Shown here: positions 61,009 through 64,000 of the stretch, one piece after another
How positions within the stretch are numbered: the first letter of the stretch is position 1
How the letters are laid out: every line of letters begins with the position of its first letter
Assembly (NCBI GenBank): GCA_047495785.1
Contig: JBLDXI010000019.1
Location: forward strand, 2,542,001 to 2,606,000
Length of the DNA: 64,000 nt
Reading direction: 5' to 3'
From: Lepidodermella squamata
Lineage: Eukaryota > Animalia > Gastrotricha
Position numbers and translations under genes: made by a program
Notes under the pieces: model-generated
What the model saw: the letters and a program-made list of their open reading frames with translations, nothing else
Database searches by the model: none
Told to the model about the DNA's origin: nothing

Positions 61009-64000
61009 TCATGTAGAAAAGCGTCCATCGAGCGGCACTTGGTATTTGATGAGTAGGTTCCAAATCCGGTTAACCGCCTTAGTGGTTGCAGCAGCGGATG
61101 TTGTTGACGTTCTAGCAGTCGATGTAGTTGTGGTAGTTGTTAGAGCAGTTGTTGTACTTGCTGTAGTTGTTGGACCGCTTGTCGTAGTTGTAGTCATAGT
61201 TGGAGGGATCGTTGTAGTCGCTGCCGCTGTTGATGGCGGGATCGTTGTAGTCGGTCGAATCGTGGTGGTTGTTGTCGTTGCGGGAGTCGTTGTAGTCACT
61301 GTGGTTGTAGTAGGAGCGATCGTTGTAGTCGGTCTAGTCGTTGTAACAGTAGTAGTGGTGGTCGGTGGTACTGTCGTGGTTACTGTCGTCGTTGTTGAGA
61401 CTGTCGTAGTAGAGGTCGTTGCTGCGGTCGTTGTACCATATTGACCCAGTATAGCTGGTAATTGGCACATCTGTTTAAAGGTTTGGGCTTGCCCAGAATC
61501 AGAGCTTGCCCAACCTCCTCTATTATCCATAACATCCTGGATTTTCCCAATATCCGTATCTGGCTTAATTACCATTGCAGTTCGCGTGTTAGATGGCTCC
61601 CCACCGAGCATGTCAAATGCGTCCACGGACGAAACCGTCTGATTTGTGTCTGCCCAAAGCCAGGATGAATTTGCTGTGCATAAAAACACACATTGTAATA
61701 TCAGCTTATTTATGGCTTGCGAGGCAATTACCCAAAGGTCTATATAAGCCGATCCACATATTAGCAAGGTTCAGACGATTCGCGGTTGTTCTGGCGAAGA
61801 TCAGCGATGTTTCTGTTTTAGGCGACCATGTGTATGATTTATTACTCGCCGTACATTTCTGAGACGCACTTGCGAACGTTAGCGAGTCGTTTAAAAGCGT
61901 GAAGCAATTGTCGTTGAACTTAATCCAGGTATCATTTGGGCATTTAGCACATGCCAGCGAGTATTCGCATATGTAAGCACGAGGTCCAGTGAACAAAGAG
62001 ACAGGGTTTACAGCCCACTGGCCGCCAGTAGTTGCTTTCATTGTGAAAGCAAAATCTCTTATGGGAAACGGCGGGCTTGCGAATTTGAGCCAAGGCAGAT
62101 CAGCTGAGAAGTAAGTGCCATCAGTTCCATTACGTCTAAACCGTGGTCCCAGTGCGCTGTTAACGCCATCCATCCATTGGAAATTTCCATCTGTAAAATG
62201 AAGTAGTGATGTAGCCTACACATCAGGGACGATAAAACCTGGGTCGTTGACATAATTATCAGCCACGCTCCAGTACGTGCTGCTATTTCCTGCTGATCGC
62301 CTGGCCCAGTCCTGTAGACCTATCCAATACTCTTGGTTCGACGAGGTAAGGTTTTCGGTGACGTATTTCCATTCTGATGGCGAGTTGGGGACGAAAAAAT
62401 GTGCGCCTTTTTCAGTGCATTTTTGCAGGCCGATCAAATAGTGCTCTACCACTCTAAGATAGGTGAAAAGGTTCATTTAATTCATCTTCAATAATGTCCC
62501 GGAATGCTAATGCTGATGTTCTCTTGATGTTCTGTTTTTTAGGTCTAAACAACCTTAGCAAACTTTCTGGAAGTAAAACGCGATAACCTATCCACATCGA
62601 TTCCAAACTAGAGAATTGCAAACGCATAATATGCATAAAAGAAAATGAAAAGATTTTATTGTTTCACTTCCCCGCGACTGAGCGTCTATACCCTATGAGG
62701 AAGGCGAAGGCAAGGCAAATCAAAAGAATCAGTCATCCGCCCCCACGTCCGAGAGTATCTTGCTTTTGTTGTAAAATTCATAAATCTTCCAAATAAGTCT
62801 CGATAATTTTACGCCATTCTTCTCGATCTCGTGCAGTTGTTTCGGTCCAGGCAACAGTTATTTCGATAATGTCGGTTATATTACTAACATCTTTACGAGG
62901 TCTGCCATGGGACCCGTCAGTGTTTTCCTGATTATATTTTCGGTTGTAAGGCCCACTCTTCTCAGACTTCTTTCACCGAATCGAGCCACCTCGTTTGAGA
63001 AGCGTTTGAGGTCTTCCCACCGGTCTCTGTCATTCCTTAGGTACTACCAACCTGTAAAAGTCGTAGACTGGCCTCGGGTCACCTTTGTCATCGACATAAG
63101 TTTCCATCTTTATTATATGTAATAATTAAGGCCTTAATTTTCAATTAATCTACCGACCCTAATTATTCCGCCGCACATTGATTTGCATATGAAATTTGCC
63201 CACAAAAATATAATTTTCCCTCATCTTGTTGATGATCAAATATAATAAAAAATGCGTGTTTCCATTTTCCATCAACCTGATGTTACCTGTTGAAGGCTCA
63301 GTTTGAACTTACGTTTGAGCGAAGTAGCAGCTGTCGAAGCATGGATTGTACGTGTATCCAACCGGGCAATTGACAGATTGAAGGCAGGGCAATTTGCATT
63401 CGTCATTAGGAAGCGATATCGGCATGACAACGGCAGTGGCAGTAGATGTAAGGCCTGTCTTCGCAGGTAGTTGGCACCCAGCCGAAAATGAATTACTCGC
63501 AGGAATCCACCGCAAACTGCCCACTAAAGCTGAAGTATCTTTCATGGAGGAGTAATTCGGGACGTCATAAATTATGCGAGCAGCATCTTCGCTAGCATCT
63601 GTCGGTTCATCGGTACACACATCTATTCCGTCCGCTGGGATCATTGTTTCATTCCTGTCGAGCCACAAGTACGCACGGACTAATGATTTCGAGAAATATG
63701 AACTTGGTTAAACGTTATTGAAATGTACCGTTAGTGTCTTGCCACATTCCAACGTATGAATCACTGCCCATCCGCTTCACCTGAGTTCGCATGAATATGC
63801 TTACTGCCTCAGTTCGTGGGGCCCATAAATCAGCGGGAGTGGGCAGCGATCTGCAGTAGTTGTGCTGGCCCCAAAAGTTCGTACTCTGACCAGTACTTGT
63901 CAGGTAGCACATGTCGAGAAATTTTGTCCAATTACCTGTAGTTGGGCAGGTAGCGCAAGCCTTGGAGTACTCGCAAATGTAATTTTTCTCCGAATCAAAT
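61009..64000 (-). CDS. Multi-C-type-lectin-domain protein with Thr-rich mucin-like tail (5' part beyond window; 3' end uncertain)
   Basis: Repeated CP..W..F...C[YF], YWIGL/MWIGLY/YVGMW, FQWMDG and YICEYS motifs across GT-AG-spliced exons; about 120-aa Thr/Pro-rich stretch at about 61080-61435. Confidence 0.85.
62778..63124 (-). mobile_element. Degenerate 3' end of an RTE-clade LINE in the lectin gene intron
   Basis: HIIKME..PRPVYDF..PKE*QRPVGRPQT(fs)RWLDSVKE(fs)LRRVGL..AWTETTARDREEWRKII resembles the RTE ORF C-terminus; contains a stop and frameshifts. Confidence 0.65.

Noticed and set aside
61046-61444. Poly-Val ORF and other antisense ORFs (e.g. 36243-36839, 9-326, 51481-51729)
   Set aside because: They are shadows of biased coding sequence on the opposite strand or of duplicated promoter DNA, often with non-ATG starts.

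Overview
This is eukaryotic (invertebrate animal) genomic DNA with spliceosomal introns, mostly about 50-60 nt with TTTCAG-type acceptors. The ORF track therefore fragments most genes, and I rebuilt the gene models by hand. The left ~35 kb has conserved genes with very AT-rich introns: an Eph receptor tyrosine kinase (runs off the left edge), an intronless divergent Cys-loop receptor, three tandem SLC20/PiT phosphate transporters, a MATCAP/KIAA0895-like (DUF1704) metallopeptidase whose intron 2 holds an apparently identical 868-bp chimeric tandem array, and a histidine decarboxylase. The right ~28 kb is compact and more lineage-specific. It holds two paralogous secreted Cys-rich proteins plus a truncated inverted copy, a prohormone-like orphan, and three head-to-tail divergent nAChR-like genes only 79-103 bp apart (operon-like, with Q/E/K at pore position 2'). 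It also holds an intronless GT32 glycosyltransferase, three secreted Gly/Pro/Asn-rich peptide genes plus a relic, an FMO, an SLC35C1-like transporter and a multi-C-type-lectin mucin (runs off the right edge). Mobile DNA comprises Tc1/mariner-, pogo/Tc2- and hAT-type MITEs, a Penelope-like GIY-YIG fragment with a minimal hammerhead ribozyme, and an RTE LINE relic. The best candidates for an undescribed system are the operon-like orphan Cys-loop receptor trio, the exon-containing chimeric array, and a possible secreted-glycoprotein cluster. All assignments come from manual motif recognition; no searches were run.
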